Assembly (NCBI GenBank): GCA_963837055.1 | Contig: CAWILU010000006.1 | Span: 192,389 to 256,388, forward strand | Source of the DNA: an uncultured Acidobacteriota bacterium | Lineage (GTDB): Bacteria; Actinomycetota; Acidimicrobiia; Spongiisociales; ZC4RG35 | Length of the DNA stretch: 64,000 bases | Reading direction: 5' to 3' | Part shown: positions 47,461-55,603 of the stretch, piece by piece | How positions within the stretch are numbered: position 1 is the first letter of the stretch | Layout of the letters: each line of letters starts with the position of its first letter | Position numbers and translations under genes: made by a program | The notes under the pieces: generated by a model | Databases searched by the model: none | What the model was told of the DNA's origin: nothing | The model's input: only the letters and a program-made list of their open reading frames with translations

Positions 47461-48692
47461 GATGTCGGAAGGGTCCGGACGATCGCAGCCAGGGCGTCGT
47501 AGGTCCGCTCTCCCATCTGCTTCTCGTCTTCGTCGAGCAAGTTCGCCATGACCTTCAAAGTCCATTCCATCAACGACCGGCTCCGCAGCCCGGTGTGGGC
47601 CAGTGTCCGCATCACAGACGGGTGACCGATCAACTTCACGAAGATGCGGGCCATCTTGTAATAGAGCCCGTATTCATCTTCGAGTTGTTGTGGATATCGG
47701 CGTAACAGCCCGAAATCTGCAGTTCCCAATGCCCGACCGACGTGCTCGGCGGCGATGCGGCCGGTCTCGTAGGCGTAGGAGATCCCCTCGCCGTTCCAGG
47801 GATTGATCGCCCCGGCGGCGTCACCGATCGTGATCCAATTGGCGCCCACCAGGGGGCCCTTGGAGAATGACATGGTCAGCTTCCCGCCAACCGGGTTGGT
47901 CAGCTTCGACTCCTCGCTCAACTCCCAGTACTTCGGCGCCGTTGCCACGTAGTCGGCCATCATGTGGGTGGTGTTGACGTGCTTCCAGCGGGTGAAAGTG
48001 GAGAGCAGGCCGACCCCGACGTTGACCGTCCCATCACCGAGGGGAAAAACCCAGCCGTAACCGGGCATGGTCGCCCCGGTCGAGTCCCTCAGGTCGAGCT
48101 GGCTCTCCAGGAAGGGATCCTTCGAAAGTGGCGACGAGTAGTACCCCCGAGCGGCCATGCCCATCGGGTAGTCCCGGCGCCGCTCATTGCCCAGTTCCCG
48201 CCCGAACCGATTCATGGAGCCATCCGCGATCATGGTGATCCGGGGGGTGACCACCTCTTCAGTTCCACCATGGGCGAGCACGACACCGGTCAGCAGCCCC
48301 GCTTCGATCATCGGCGTCGCCGTGGTCTTCTCGAGGATCCTGACTCCCTGCTTCTCGGCGAGGGTGGCCACCTGACCGTCGAGGTCGCGTCGTCGCATCA
48401 CGCCACCCCAGTTGGGGAAGCGCGAATGATCGGGCCAGGTGAGCTCGACGTATCCCTCGCCTGCGTAAGAGCGGAGACCGGTGATCCGGTGGAACTCGGG
48501 GACGTCGAATTCGAAGCCCATGTCCTGGAGCTGGAGAACGGCCCGTGGCGTGAGACCGTCGCCACAGGTCTTGTCCCTGGGGTATTCCTTCGCTTCGACC
48601 AGAGTCACCTCGTGGCCGTCCCGGGCCAGCCAGTAGGCGGCGGCCGATCCGGCCGGGCCGCCACCGACTACGAGGACGGAGGGCGAGGACAT
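47457..48692 (-). CDS. Geranylgeranyl reductase family FAD-dependent oxidoreductase (possible menaquinone/isoprenoid reductase)
   Basis: VLVVGGGPAGSAAAYWLA, KTCGDGLTPR, GDAAGAINPWNGEGI. Confidence 0.8.
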   Translation of the reverse strand: MSSPSVLVVGGGPAGSAAAYWLARDGHEVTLVEAKEYPRDKTCGDGLTPRAVLQLQDMGFEFDVPEFHRITGLRSYAGEGYVELTWPDHSRFPNWGGVMRRRDLDGQVATLAEKQGVRILEKTTATPMIEAGLLTGVVLAHGGTEEVVTPRITMIADGSMNRFGRELGNERRRDYPMGMAARGYYSSPLSKDPFLESQLDLRDSTGATMPGYGWVFPLGDGTVNVGVGLLSTFTRWKHVNTTHMMADYVATAPKYWELSEESKLTNPVGGKLTMSFSKGPLVGANWITIGDAAGAINPWNGEGISYAYETGRIAAEHVGRALGTADFGLLRRYPQQLEDEYGLYYKMARIFVKLIGHPSVMRTLAHTGLRSRSLMEWTLKVMANLLDEDEKQMGERTYDALAAIVRTLPTS

Positions 48693-48764
48693 CGTGCCGA
48701 GAGGTTAGATACCGGGGCCTGGTAGCCGGGATTCTGATAATCCGAAGCGGGTTTAACGTGAGCT

Positions 48765-48780
48765 TGTGAATGAAATCCCA
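48765..48780. promoter_or_regulatory. Rex-operator-like site overlapping the rex start codon
   Basis: TGTGAATGAAATCCCA versus the Streptomyces ROP consensus TGTGAAnnnnTTCACA: 10 of 12 defined positions match. Confidence 0.3.
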
Positions 48781-49383
48781 AAGGCCACGGTGGTCCGTCT
48801 CCCCCGCTATCTCAGATTGTTGGAGGACCTCGACTCATCCCGCGACGTCGTCAGCTCGGAAGAGCTAGCCACCGCAGCCGGGGCAAACGCCGCCAACGTG
48901 CGCAGGGATCTCTCCCACCTCGACTTTCACGGTGTGCGCGGGATCGGCTACTCGGTCGGTGAGCTCAAGGCGCGCATCCGCCAGGAGCTGGGGATCGCCG
49001 AACGCCGGAAGGTCGCCATCGTCGGGGCCGGGAACCTGGGCCGAGCCCTGGCCAACTACGGGGGGCTGAGCCGACGCGGGTTCGATGTGATCGCGCTCTA
49101 CGACACCGATGTGAAGAAGATCGGCTCGACTGTGGGGAGCGTGACCATCCAGGATCTCGAGGTCCTCGACGGTGATTGCCAGTCGAAGAACTTCGAGATC
49201 GCCATCCTCGCCGTGCCCGCCGTGGCGGCACAACAGGTGGCCGATCGTCTGGTGGGGCACGGGATCCGCTCCATCCTCAATTTCGCCCCGGTCCGGGTGA
49301 ATGTTCCCGAGACGGTCTCGGTCCGTCAGGTGGATCTGTCGATGGAGCTACAGGTGCTGAGTTATTACGGGAGCCGGCTGTAG
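48766..49383 (+). CDS. rex: Redox-sensing transcriptional repressor Rex
   Basis: IPKATVVRLPRYLRLL, and the Rossmann motif VAIVGAGNLGRALANY. Confidence 0.9.
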   Translation: MNEIPKATVVRLPRYLRLLEDLDSSRDVVSSEELATAAGANAANVRRDLSHLDFHGVRGIGYSVGELKARIRQELGIAERRKVAIVGAGNLGRALANYGGLSRRGFDVIALYDTDVKKIGSTVGSVTIQDLEVLDGDCQSKNFEIAILAVPAVAAQQVADRLVGHGIRSILNFAPVRVNVPETVSVRQVDLSMELQVLSYYGSRL

Positions 49384-49387
49384 ACCC

Positions 49388-49771
49388 CTAGGCCCTGGCC
49401 TTCTCCTGCACTTCCTCGTACTGGTGCAGCGCCACCAGAAAGGCGAGAAAGAGCACCAGCGACACCAACAGATAGGTGATCGGGATGATCCGGATCTCGA
49501 ACGCGTTGAGGCCTTCGATGTCGGCCGGCTTGGGGCCACGCGGTGCATAGACCACGAACAACATCGAGGTGATCGTCAGCCAGCCGAACACCGCCGCCCC
49601 CGTCACCAGGAACCCGAGCCGTTTGCCCAGGTTGGTGTAATTGAACAGGTAGATCGAGCCGTAGAACAACGCAATCGCGGCCAGGGTGAGGATGATCCCG
49701 GTCACGAAGAGATTGGCCGAGAACAACGACCGGAAGAGCTCACGGAAGAACAACGGTGGCCTCCTTCCCAT
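49388..49771 (-). CDS. Small 4-TM membrane protein, last gene of the Rieske/cyt b operon
   Basis: 127 aa with four hydrophobic helices. It overlaps the cytochrome c gene end by 32 nt. No family recognised. Confidence 0.55.
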   Translation of the reverse strand: MGRRPPLFFRELFRSLFSANLFVTGIILTLAAIALFYGSIYLFNYTNLGKRLGFLVTGAAVFGWLTITSMLFVVYAPRGPKPADIEGLNAFEIRIIPITYLLVSLVLFLAFLVALHQYEEVQEKARA

Positions 49772-51662
49772 CCATGTTCCCGCCCCTCAGATAGCGGGCG
49801 AGCAACTCGATGTCATCCAGGCTCAGACTGGCGCCAAAAGCGGGCATTCGTCCCGAGCCGAAGCCATTGATCCCATACGGTGTCTCTGGTTGTGAACCTC
49901 TGATCAGGAACTGGATCAAGAGATCCTCTTCCGGGCTCTCCGTCGCTTCACCGAACTGGACGGTCGGCCGGCCGTCCCACAGCGCGGGGCCGAAACCGCC
50001 CGAGCCTGCCTCCTGCGTGTAGGGCACACCGGCGCTGTACCCGGCGGTGTGACACCGGGCGCAATTGGAGTTGAACAGACCTACCGCACGCTCCGCCTCG
50101 TCGGGCGACGAGCCCATGGCCTCTGCCACGCCGGCGAAATCGATCGAGTACAGCTGGGCTTCCAACGACTCCTCCAGATACCGGAGGCCTCCCTCTTCCT
50201 GCTCCAGGAGGGCATCCTGATTCTCCGACGTGATCGTGATCGTCGTCGACAGCGATTCCAGATTGCCGACCAGGGCGATGGCGGTGGCAGCATCGGGCTC
50301 GCCGCCGACTGAAGCCGGATTGGTCGGATCGAGAGTGACGAGTGTGATTTGGCTCGGGGTGGTCGCGGTGATGGCGGCGTCGACCTGGCTGGTGATGGCG
50401 GCCTCCGCTCCGGTGGACAACCCGTCGCCGTCGGGGTCCGAGCCTTCCTCGATGGCCGCGGTCGCAGCCGCGGCGAGGTCCGCCGCCCCCTCCACCGGCT
50501 CCTCGGCACCCGCCGCCTCGGTCAGCGCCGCCACCAGCTCGTCGGCGGCCCCGACGTCTTCAATCGCGCCCGGGACTTCGATCCCTGCCTCCTCGGCCGC
50601 AGCCCTGGTCTCCTCCAGAGTGGTCAATGCAGCGGTGCTCAGACCAACGGCTGGGTCGACCGCGCCGTCCTCCATCGCCGTCTCGATCGCCGCCACGTTG
50701 CCCAGGACAATCGGGTCTGTTTCAGACGCGTCTTGCAACGAGGCCAAGGCCTCATCAGCCAGCTCGGCGTCGGCTACCTCGGGATCGAGGGCGATCGGCT
50801 CCATGATCTGGAACCCGGCCACAGCCTCTGCAGAGATGTCGCTCAACTCGGTCTCGGCTGCGTCCGACACCCCATCGGCGTCGGTGTCGATCCCGGTCCC
50901 CGCCCCGGCCAGGACCTCACGAGCCCGGGTTGCGAGGGGCACCACGAGGTCGGCGTCCTCTGAAGCAGACTCGATGTTGGCTACCACCTGTCTCTGCTCG
51001 AGGATGGCCGCCTCGACAGCGGCGTCGGCGGTTTCGAGACGATCCAAAGCAGTGTCGATGCCCGGCTGGATATCCCCCAGGTTCTCATCCTGCGTCACCT
51101 GGATGGTCGCCAGATAGTTGACCACGTCCTCGACCTGCTGCTCGTTGAGTGGCCCACCGCCCGGGACGCCCCAGGCCGGCATCGGGGTGTTGCCCCGGCC
51201 GTACGTGACCCAGAAATTGACCTCGTCCTCCTGATATCGGAAGAAGACGTCGTTGAGAGAGGGCACCGCCCAATCCACCGTGACGCCGGACCGTTTCTCC
51301 ACGTATGGGGCAACTCCGCCCGATCCTTCCGGGCCGTGACAGTTGAAACAGCCGAACTCCTCGACCAGGTGCGCGCCACGCTCCACCGATCCCACGGCGA
51401 ACTCTTCGACGAATCCTGCCTGGCGATCCGGTTCGGTGAGGAAATAGAGAGGCAAGGAAATGGCGAGAAAGGCCGAGAAGGCGATAGCGGCTTTTTGCCC
51501 GCCCTCCAGACGTCGGGTCTCGATTTGCTCGTCGTCGATGCCTGGGCGGAGGTTGGGAGCGACTTCCTCACTGCCGCGGTTGCGGATCGCCGACACGAAA
51601 AGAAATCCGAGCCATGCGATCCCTGCGACCAGGGCGATGACCGTGATGATGTTGGCTGTCAT
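49740..51662 (-). CDS. Membrane-anchored dihaem cytochrome c with a ~340-aa acidic low-complexity insert
   Basis: N-terminal TM segment. CFNCH...TPMPAW and CARCH...GRMPAF haem-c motifs lie about 435 aa apart. ATG 51662 forms ATGA with the Rieske stop. Confidence 0.8.
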   Translation of the reverse strand: MTANIITVIALVAGIAWLGFLFVSAIRNRGSEEVAPNLRPGIDDEQIETRRLEGGQKAAIAFSAFLAISLPLYFLTEPDRQAGFVEEFAVGSVERGAHLVEEFGCFNCHGPEGSGGVAPYVEKRSGVTVDWAVPSLNDVFFRYQEDEVNFWVTYGRGNTPMPAWGVPGGGPLNEQQVEDVVNYLATIQVTQDENLGDIQPGIDTALDRLETADAAVEAAILEQRQVVANIESASEDADLVVPLATRAREVLAGAGTGIDTDADGVSDAAETELSDISAEAVAGFQIMEPIALDPEVADAELADEALASLQDASETDPIVLGNVAAIETAMEDGAVDPAVGLSTAALTTLEETRAAAEEAGIEVPGAIEDVGAADELVAALTEAAGAEEPVEGAADLAAAATAAIEEGSDPDGDGLSTGAEAAITSQVDAAITATTPSQITLVTLDPTNPASVGGEPDAATAIALVGNLESLSTTITITSENQDALLEQEEGGLRYLEESLEAQLYSIDFAGVAEAMGSSPDEAERAVGLFNSNCARCHTAGYSAGVPYTQEAGSGGFGPALWDGRPTVQFGEATESPEEDLLIQFLIRGSQPETPYGINGFGSGRMPAFGASLSLDDIELLARYLRGGNMDGKEATVVLP

Positions 51663-52552
51663 GCCCCGGCGGCCGGTGCCACGGCGCTGATGCAACTAGG
51701 ACCCTGCGGATAGGCGACGCTCAGCTCGGGCGCTCGAGGTGTCTCGATCCTGGTACCGGTCTTGATGATGAGGATCCCACCCTGGTTCTCGACGACGAAC
51801 CGGTCGAGGTTCCGCGGAGCCGGGCCTCCGAAATACTGGCCGATGGCGTTGTACCTCGACCCATGACAGGGGCACTCGAAACCCTGCGACGGCGCGCACC
51901 AAGGAACCCGGCATCCGAGATGGACACATCGCATGTAAAGCGCCATCAGACCGTCGGTTTCGACGCTCTTGCCTTCGAATTGGGCTGACGGCTCCTCTGG
52001 GGCGGGAACGATATAGGCCCGTGCCTCGGGTATGAACAGCGGTAGCACGGCTCCGCCCGGGGTGAACACCTGGGTGCGGAGATCCGAGATGGGGCCGGCC
52101 GTGATGTCGGCCCCGAAGCCGCCGGTGAGTTTGGGCCAGAAAAACACGAGGTAGTAGAGGCCCTGGCCGGCGAGAAAAGTGCCGAAGGTGGCGACGATGG
52201 CGCGGTTGAAGAACTGGCGCCTGTTGACGCCACCTTCTTCGGGAGATACCTCCACGATGCGCTGGGTCTCGAGGATGTCGACGACTGCATCGGCTTCCTC
52301 CACCTGCTCCTCGGTTTGCTCCGCCTCGGGCTCCGCCGGCTCGTCGACGTCCGGCTCCTCCTCGACCAGAGGAGGGACGACGACCGCGGTAGCGGCCGAT
52401 CGATCCGCGGCCAAGGTTTCCGCCGAGACACCGGCCAAGGGATCGGGTTTCTCGGCAGTCTGCGATCGGCGGTAGGCGACGGCGAACGCACCGGCCGCCC
52501 CGAGGATCGCCACGACGGCGACCGCAATGAGGGCGGCGTTGGTCCAGGTCAT
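51659..52552 (-). CDS. Rieske [2Fe-2S] subunit of a quinol-cytochrome c reductase-type complex
   Basis: CVHLGCRV and CPCHGSRY boxes, an internal RRQFF Tat-like motif, and an N-terminal TM segment plus acidic linker. Confidence 0.85.
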   Translation of the reverse strand: MTWTNAALIAVAVVAILGAAGAFAVAYRRSQTAEKPDPLAGVSAETLAADRSAATAVVVPPLVEEEPDVDEPAEPEAEQTEEQVEEADAVVDILETQRIVEVSPEEGGVNRRQFFNRAIVATFGTFLAGQGLYYLVFFWPKLTGGFGADITAGPISDLRTQVFTPGGAVLPLFIPEARAYIVPAPEEPSAQFEGKSVETDGLMALYMRCVHLGCRVPWCAPSQGFECPCHGSRYNAIGQYFGGPAPRNLDRFVVENQGGILIIKTGTRIETPRAPELSVAYPQGPSCISAVAPAAGA

Positions 52553-53652
52553 TCGAATTGCACCCAGTCCTTCAGGTCATCGAAATAGACCCCGTCCTTC
52601 CACGGGTAGGAGAAGTTGAAGCCAAGACCGCGGAATAGGACCCCGAAAATGGTCAACGTCGCGGCGCCGGCCAGGAACACCGAGTAGAGGGCGATGGCGA
52701 ACTTGCGGTCACTCGGCCGGGTAGACGGGTTCTTGTCGACGTAGGGCACCATCATGAAACCGATGATCCCCGTGATCGTGGGCACCGTGACGCCGGCGAT
52801 CTGGGGGTCGAAGTAGGACAGCAGCTCCTGGAGGCCGAGGAAGTACCACGGCGCCTTCGACGGGTTCGGGGTGGCGTTGAAATTGGCCGGGTCGAGCAGC
52901 GGGGAGTGGATGATCACCGACATGATCACCACCAGACCAGTGATGGCCAGCAGCGCACCGAATTCCATCAACATCAGATGGGGCCAGGTGTTGACCTTGT
53001 CGGTTGGCTCCGCCTTGACCGTCTGGATCGCCCTCGCCTTGACCACGGTGAGCAGACGCTGGGTGCGCACCCCTTCGGGCGTCCCCTTCGGGGGCACGGT
53101 GGGACGGGCGCTGACCACGGCCGCCACTTTTCCCGCGCCGTTTCCGGAGCCACTCCCTGCGCCGTTGCCCGCGCCGTCGCCCGCGCCGTCACCGGCTTCC
53201 GGGGCGGGACGGTCCTCGACCGCGGTAGCGACCGATGCGGCGACGGGCTCGACCTCGGTGTCGGGCTGGGCCTCGGTGTCAGGCTGGGCCTCGGTGTCAG
53301 GCTGGGCCTCGGGAGCCTCATCAGTCTCGGCTTCGGTAGGCGGCGCCGGTGGCACCTCTGCCTCGGCCGCGGCCTCGACCTCCGGCGTCTCCGTCGCCGC
53401 CGCCTCGGCAGGGACCTCCTCGGCCGGGGCAGGCTCCTCTTCGACCGCTTCCACTGCCTCTTCGATCTCCTCGGAACGCTCGGCCGAAGCCTCCATTTCC
53501 TTGGCCGGCTCCGGCTCGGGCTCGGCCGAAGGGGGTGGTGTCGGCGGCGCCTCGCCCTTCATCTCGGCCAGGACCTGTTCGACGGGGAGCCCCAATGCTT
53601 TGGCCTTGGCCTCTGCCGACCTTCTGAGGAGACTCTCTGGTATCTCGGTCAT
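52549..53652 (-). CDS. Cytochrome b C-terminal part / b6f subunit-IV-like protein with long N-terminal extension
   Basis: The C-terminal ~170 aa carries PNPSKAPWYFLGLQELL (PEWY-type motif) and 3 TM segments. The N-terminal ~190 aa holds a conserved module plus PDTEAQ and GAGDGAG repeats. Confidence 0.75.
   Translation of the reverse strand: MTEIPESLLRRSAEAKAKALGLPVEQVLAEMKGEAPPTPPPSAEPEPEPAKEMEASAERSEEIEEAVEAVEEEPAPAEEVPAEAAATETPEVEAAAEAEVPPAPPTEAETDEAPEAQPDTEAQPDTEAQPDTEVEPVAASVATAVEDRPAPEAGDGAGDGAGNGAGSGSGNGAGKVAAVVSARPTVPPKGTPEGVRTQRLLTVVKARAIQTVKAEPTDKVNTWPHLMLMEFGALLAITGLVVIMSVIIHSPLLDPANFNATPNPSKAPWYFLGLQELLSYFDPQIAGVTVPTITGIIGFMMVPYVDKNPSTRPSDRKFAIALYSVFLAGAATLTIFGVLFRGLGFNFSYPWKDGVYFDDLKDWVQFE
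53253..53312. repeat. 18-bp tandem repeat (3.3 copies) inside the subunit-IV-like gene
   Basis: cctcggtgtc[g/a]ggctggg repeated head to tail, encoding (PDTEAQ)n on the minus strand. A 12-bp GC-rich repeat lies nearby at about 53150..53195. Confidence 0.8.
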
Positions 53653-53661
53653 GACGACTCC

Positions 53662-54438
53662 TTAAAGCGGCCCTGAGATGCCGCCGTCCTTGCGCACTCG
53701 CCAGAAATGGACGGCGAGGAAAATCACGAGGACGAACGGAAACGCGAGCACATGCAGCACATAGAAGCGAAGCAGGGTGGAGGCCGACACCTCCACGCCG
53801 GCAAGCAAGGCGAATTTGACCTGATTTCCCACCACGGGGACGAAGCCGGCCATGTTGGTCCCAACCGTCACCGCCCACAGCGCCAGCTGGTCCCAGGGAA
53901 GGAGATAGCCGGAGAAAGAGAGGAGCAGGGTGAGGAAGAGGAGTACGACACCCACCACCCAGTTGAACTCACGAGGGGGTTTGTAGGCGCCGTGATAGAA
54001 GACCCGGCTCATGTGGAGGAAGACGGAGAGGACCATCAGATGGGCGCCCCAGCGGTGCATGTTCCGGACCAGGGAGCCGAAGGCGACGTTGGTGGAGAGG
54101 GCCTCGATATCGGCATAGGCGGTCTCGGCCGACGGCGTGTAATAGAACATCAGGAAGATGCCGGTGATGGTCAGGAGGATGAAGAGGAAGAAGCTGAGAC
54201 CGCCGAGACAGAGTGTGTAGGACAGCTTGACCCCGTGCCGCTTCACCTTCACCGGGTGGAGGTGATAGAGCACGTTGTTCATCACGACGTACGACCGGTT
54301 CCTCGGGCTGTCCGAGTATCCCTTTTTGAACGGCGAGCCAGGGCGGAGGATCGACTCGGCGACCTGGGAGCCCCAGACCTTGTCGTTCACCTCTTTGATT
54401 CTCGCCCCGATGCCGGGCTTACCGTTGCCGTTGGCCAC
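53662..54438 (-). CDS. Cytochrome b6-type (N-terminal four-helix) cytochrome b
   Basis: [46 protein letters not shown], and the second His pair in [23 protein letters not shown]. Start GTG 54438 follows AGGAGG. Confidence 0.85.
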   Translation of the reverse strand: MANGNGKPGIGARIKEVNDKVWGSQVAESILRPGSPFKKGYSDSPRNRSYVVMNNVLYHLHPVKVKRHGVKLSYTLCLGGLSFFLFILLTITGIFLMFYYTPSAETAYADIEALSTNVAFGSLVRNMHRWGAHLMVLSVFLHMSRVFYHGAYKPPREFNWVVGVVLLFLTLLLSFSGYLLPWDQLALWAVTVGTNMAGFVPVVGNQVKFALLAGVEVSASTLLRFYVLHVLAFPFVLVIFLAVHFWRVRKDGGISGPL

Positions 54439-54446
54439 GTCGCCTC

Positions 54447-54896
54447 CTACCAGCGCATCCCGTAGGCATAACCATTCTTGAAGTCCCTCTGCCCGGTGTC
54501 GAAATCCCAGGGCCGGCGGTCGAGACCGAGCTCCACGGCCTGCTCGGCGAGCGACCCCTCGAATTTGCCCAAGGTGATGACGTTGGTCGGGCAGCGATCG
54601 ACGCACAGAGCGCACCGGGTGCACTCGTCTTCGTCGACCACGAAAAAGCCGAGATTCTGCGGATCCTCACCGGGGTGGTCGACATTGACTCCCTCGGTGA
54701 TCGCATCGAGCGACAGGTAGTGGATGCACTTCCAGGGGCAGATGTCGACGCAGCCCTCGCAAATGATGCATTCGGCCTGATCGATGTGGAGGAACTGCTT
54801 GGGGCGGAGCTTGTCGGTGAAATAGTCGCCCTCGACCACTGCCAACTGATAGTCGTCGCGATATGGAGGCGTCTCGTCGACGACACCCTTGGGCAT
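54447..54896 (-). CDS. 2x[4Fe-4S] ferredoxin-type protein
   Basis: [12 protein letters not shown] and [15 protein letters not shown] 54896 overlaps the upstream stop by 1 nt. Confidence 0.8.
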   Translation of the reverse strand: MPKGVVDETPPYRDDYQLAVVEGDYFTDKLRPKQFLHIDQAECIICEGCVDICPWKCIHYLSLDAITEGVNVDHPGEDPQNLGFFVVDEDECTRCALCVDRCPTNVITLGKFEGSLAEQAVELGLDRRPWDFDTGQRDFKNGYAYGMRW

Positions 54897-55502
54897 CAGC
54901 CTTCGCCTCTGACGAGCGGCCGCCCATAAGGCGAGCGTGGCGGTTCCTTGTCGGCGGACACAGGTGGGCCCTTCTTGATCTTCTGGAGCTGAAGGACGAA
55001 CACGGCGGCCGCTCCGAGCATGACCAGGTGATAACCCATCGAGATCGAGTCTTTGATCGCGGCGTAGCTGAGCTGGACGTCGTTGCCCAGGACGAGCACC
55101 GGCGGGATGGTCAGGGCAACGCGTTGCGACGACCAGTCGAGATCGGTTTGTGCGAAGTTGAGCCATTCCGAGGGGACCATGCCGAAGATGATGACCAGCT
55201 CGATCCAAGAGATGAAGGCGGCGAACAGGGCGCGGGCCCAGGTCAACCGCTGATTGAGAACCCAGAGGAACAAGGCGCCGACAACCAGCATCTGGGATGC
55301 GCCGAAGACGACCAGATACCCGAGTCCCTTCCAAATCGCGCCGCGTGGGGATCCAATCGAAGATGCCTCCATCCTCCCCGGGCGCCAGGCTGGAATAGTG
55401 GATCCAGATCACCCCGACGACGAGAGCGACGAAGCCGAGACCGAGCAGTCCCCACCCGATGCTCTTGCGTCTGCTGTCGCTGAGTTCTGCCAGCCGGTAC
55501 AT
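54896..55502 (-). pseudogene. Membrane protein, first gene of the Rieske/cyt b operon, apparent frameshift
   Basis: Frame A reads MYRLAELSDSRRKSIGWGLLGLGFVALVVGVIWIHYSSLAPGEDGGIFDWIP, then turns Arg-rich. Frame B (ORF 54896..55372) continues RGAIWKGLGYLVVFG... with 3-4 TM segments. Junction near 55337-55352. Alternatively an intact 158-aa gene starts at ATG 55372. Confidence 0.5.
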
Positions 55503-55603
55503 CTCACGTTCTTCGGGCGCGCCGGTACAACCTGTTCACGTCGTTTCTACCACAACCCGGGTCTCGTTAGAGAACCTGCCGGGGACCCGGCAGCGGCGAC
55601 GCA

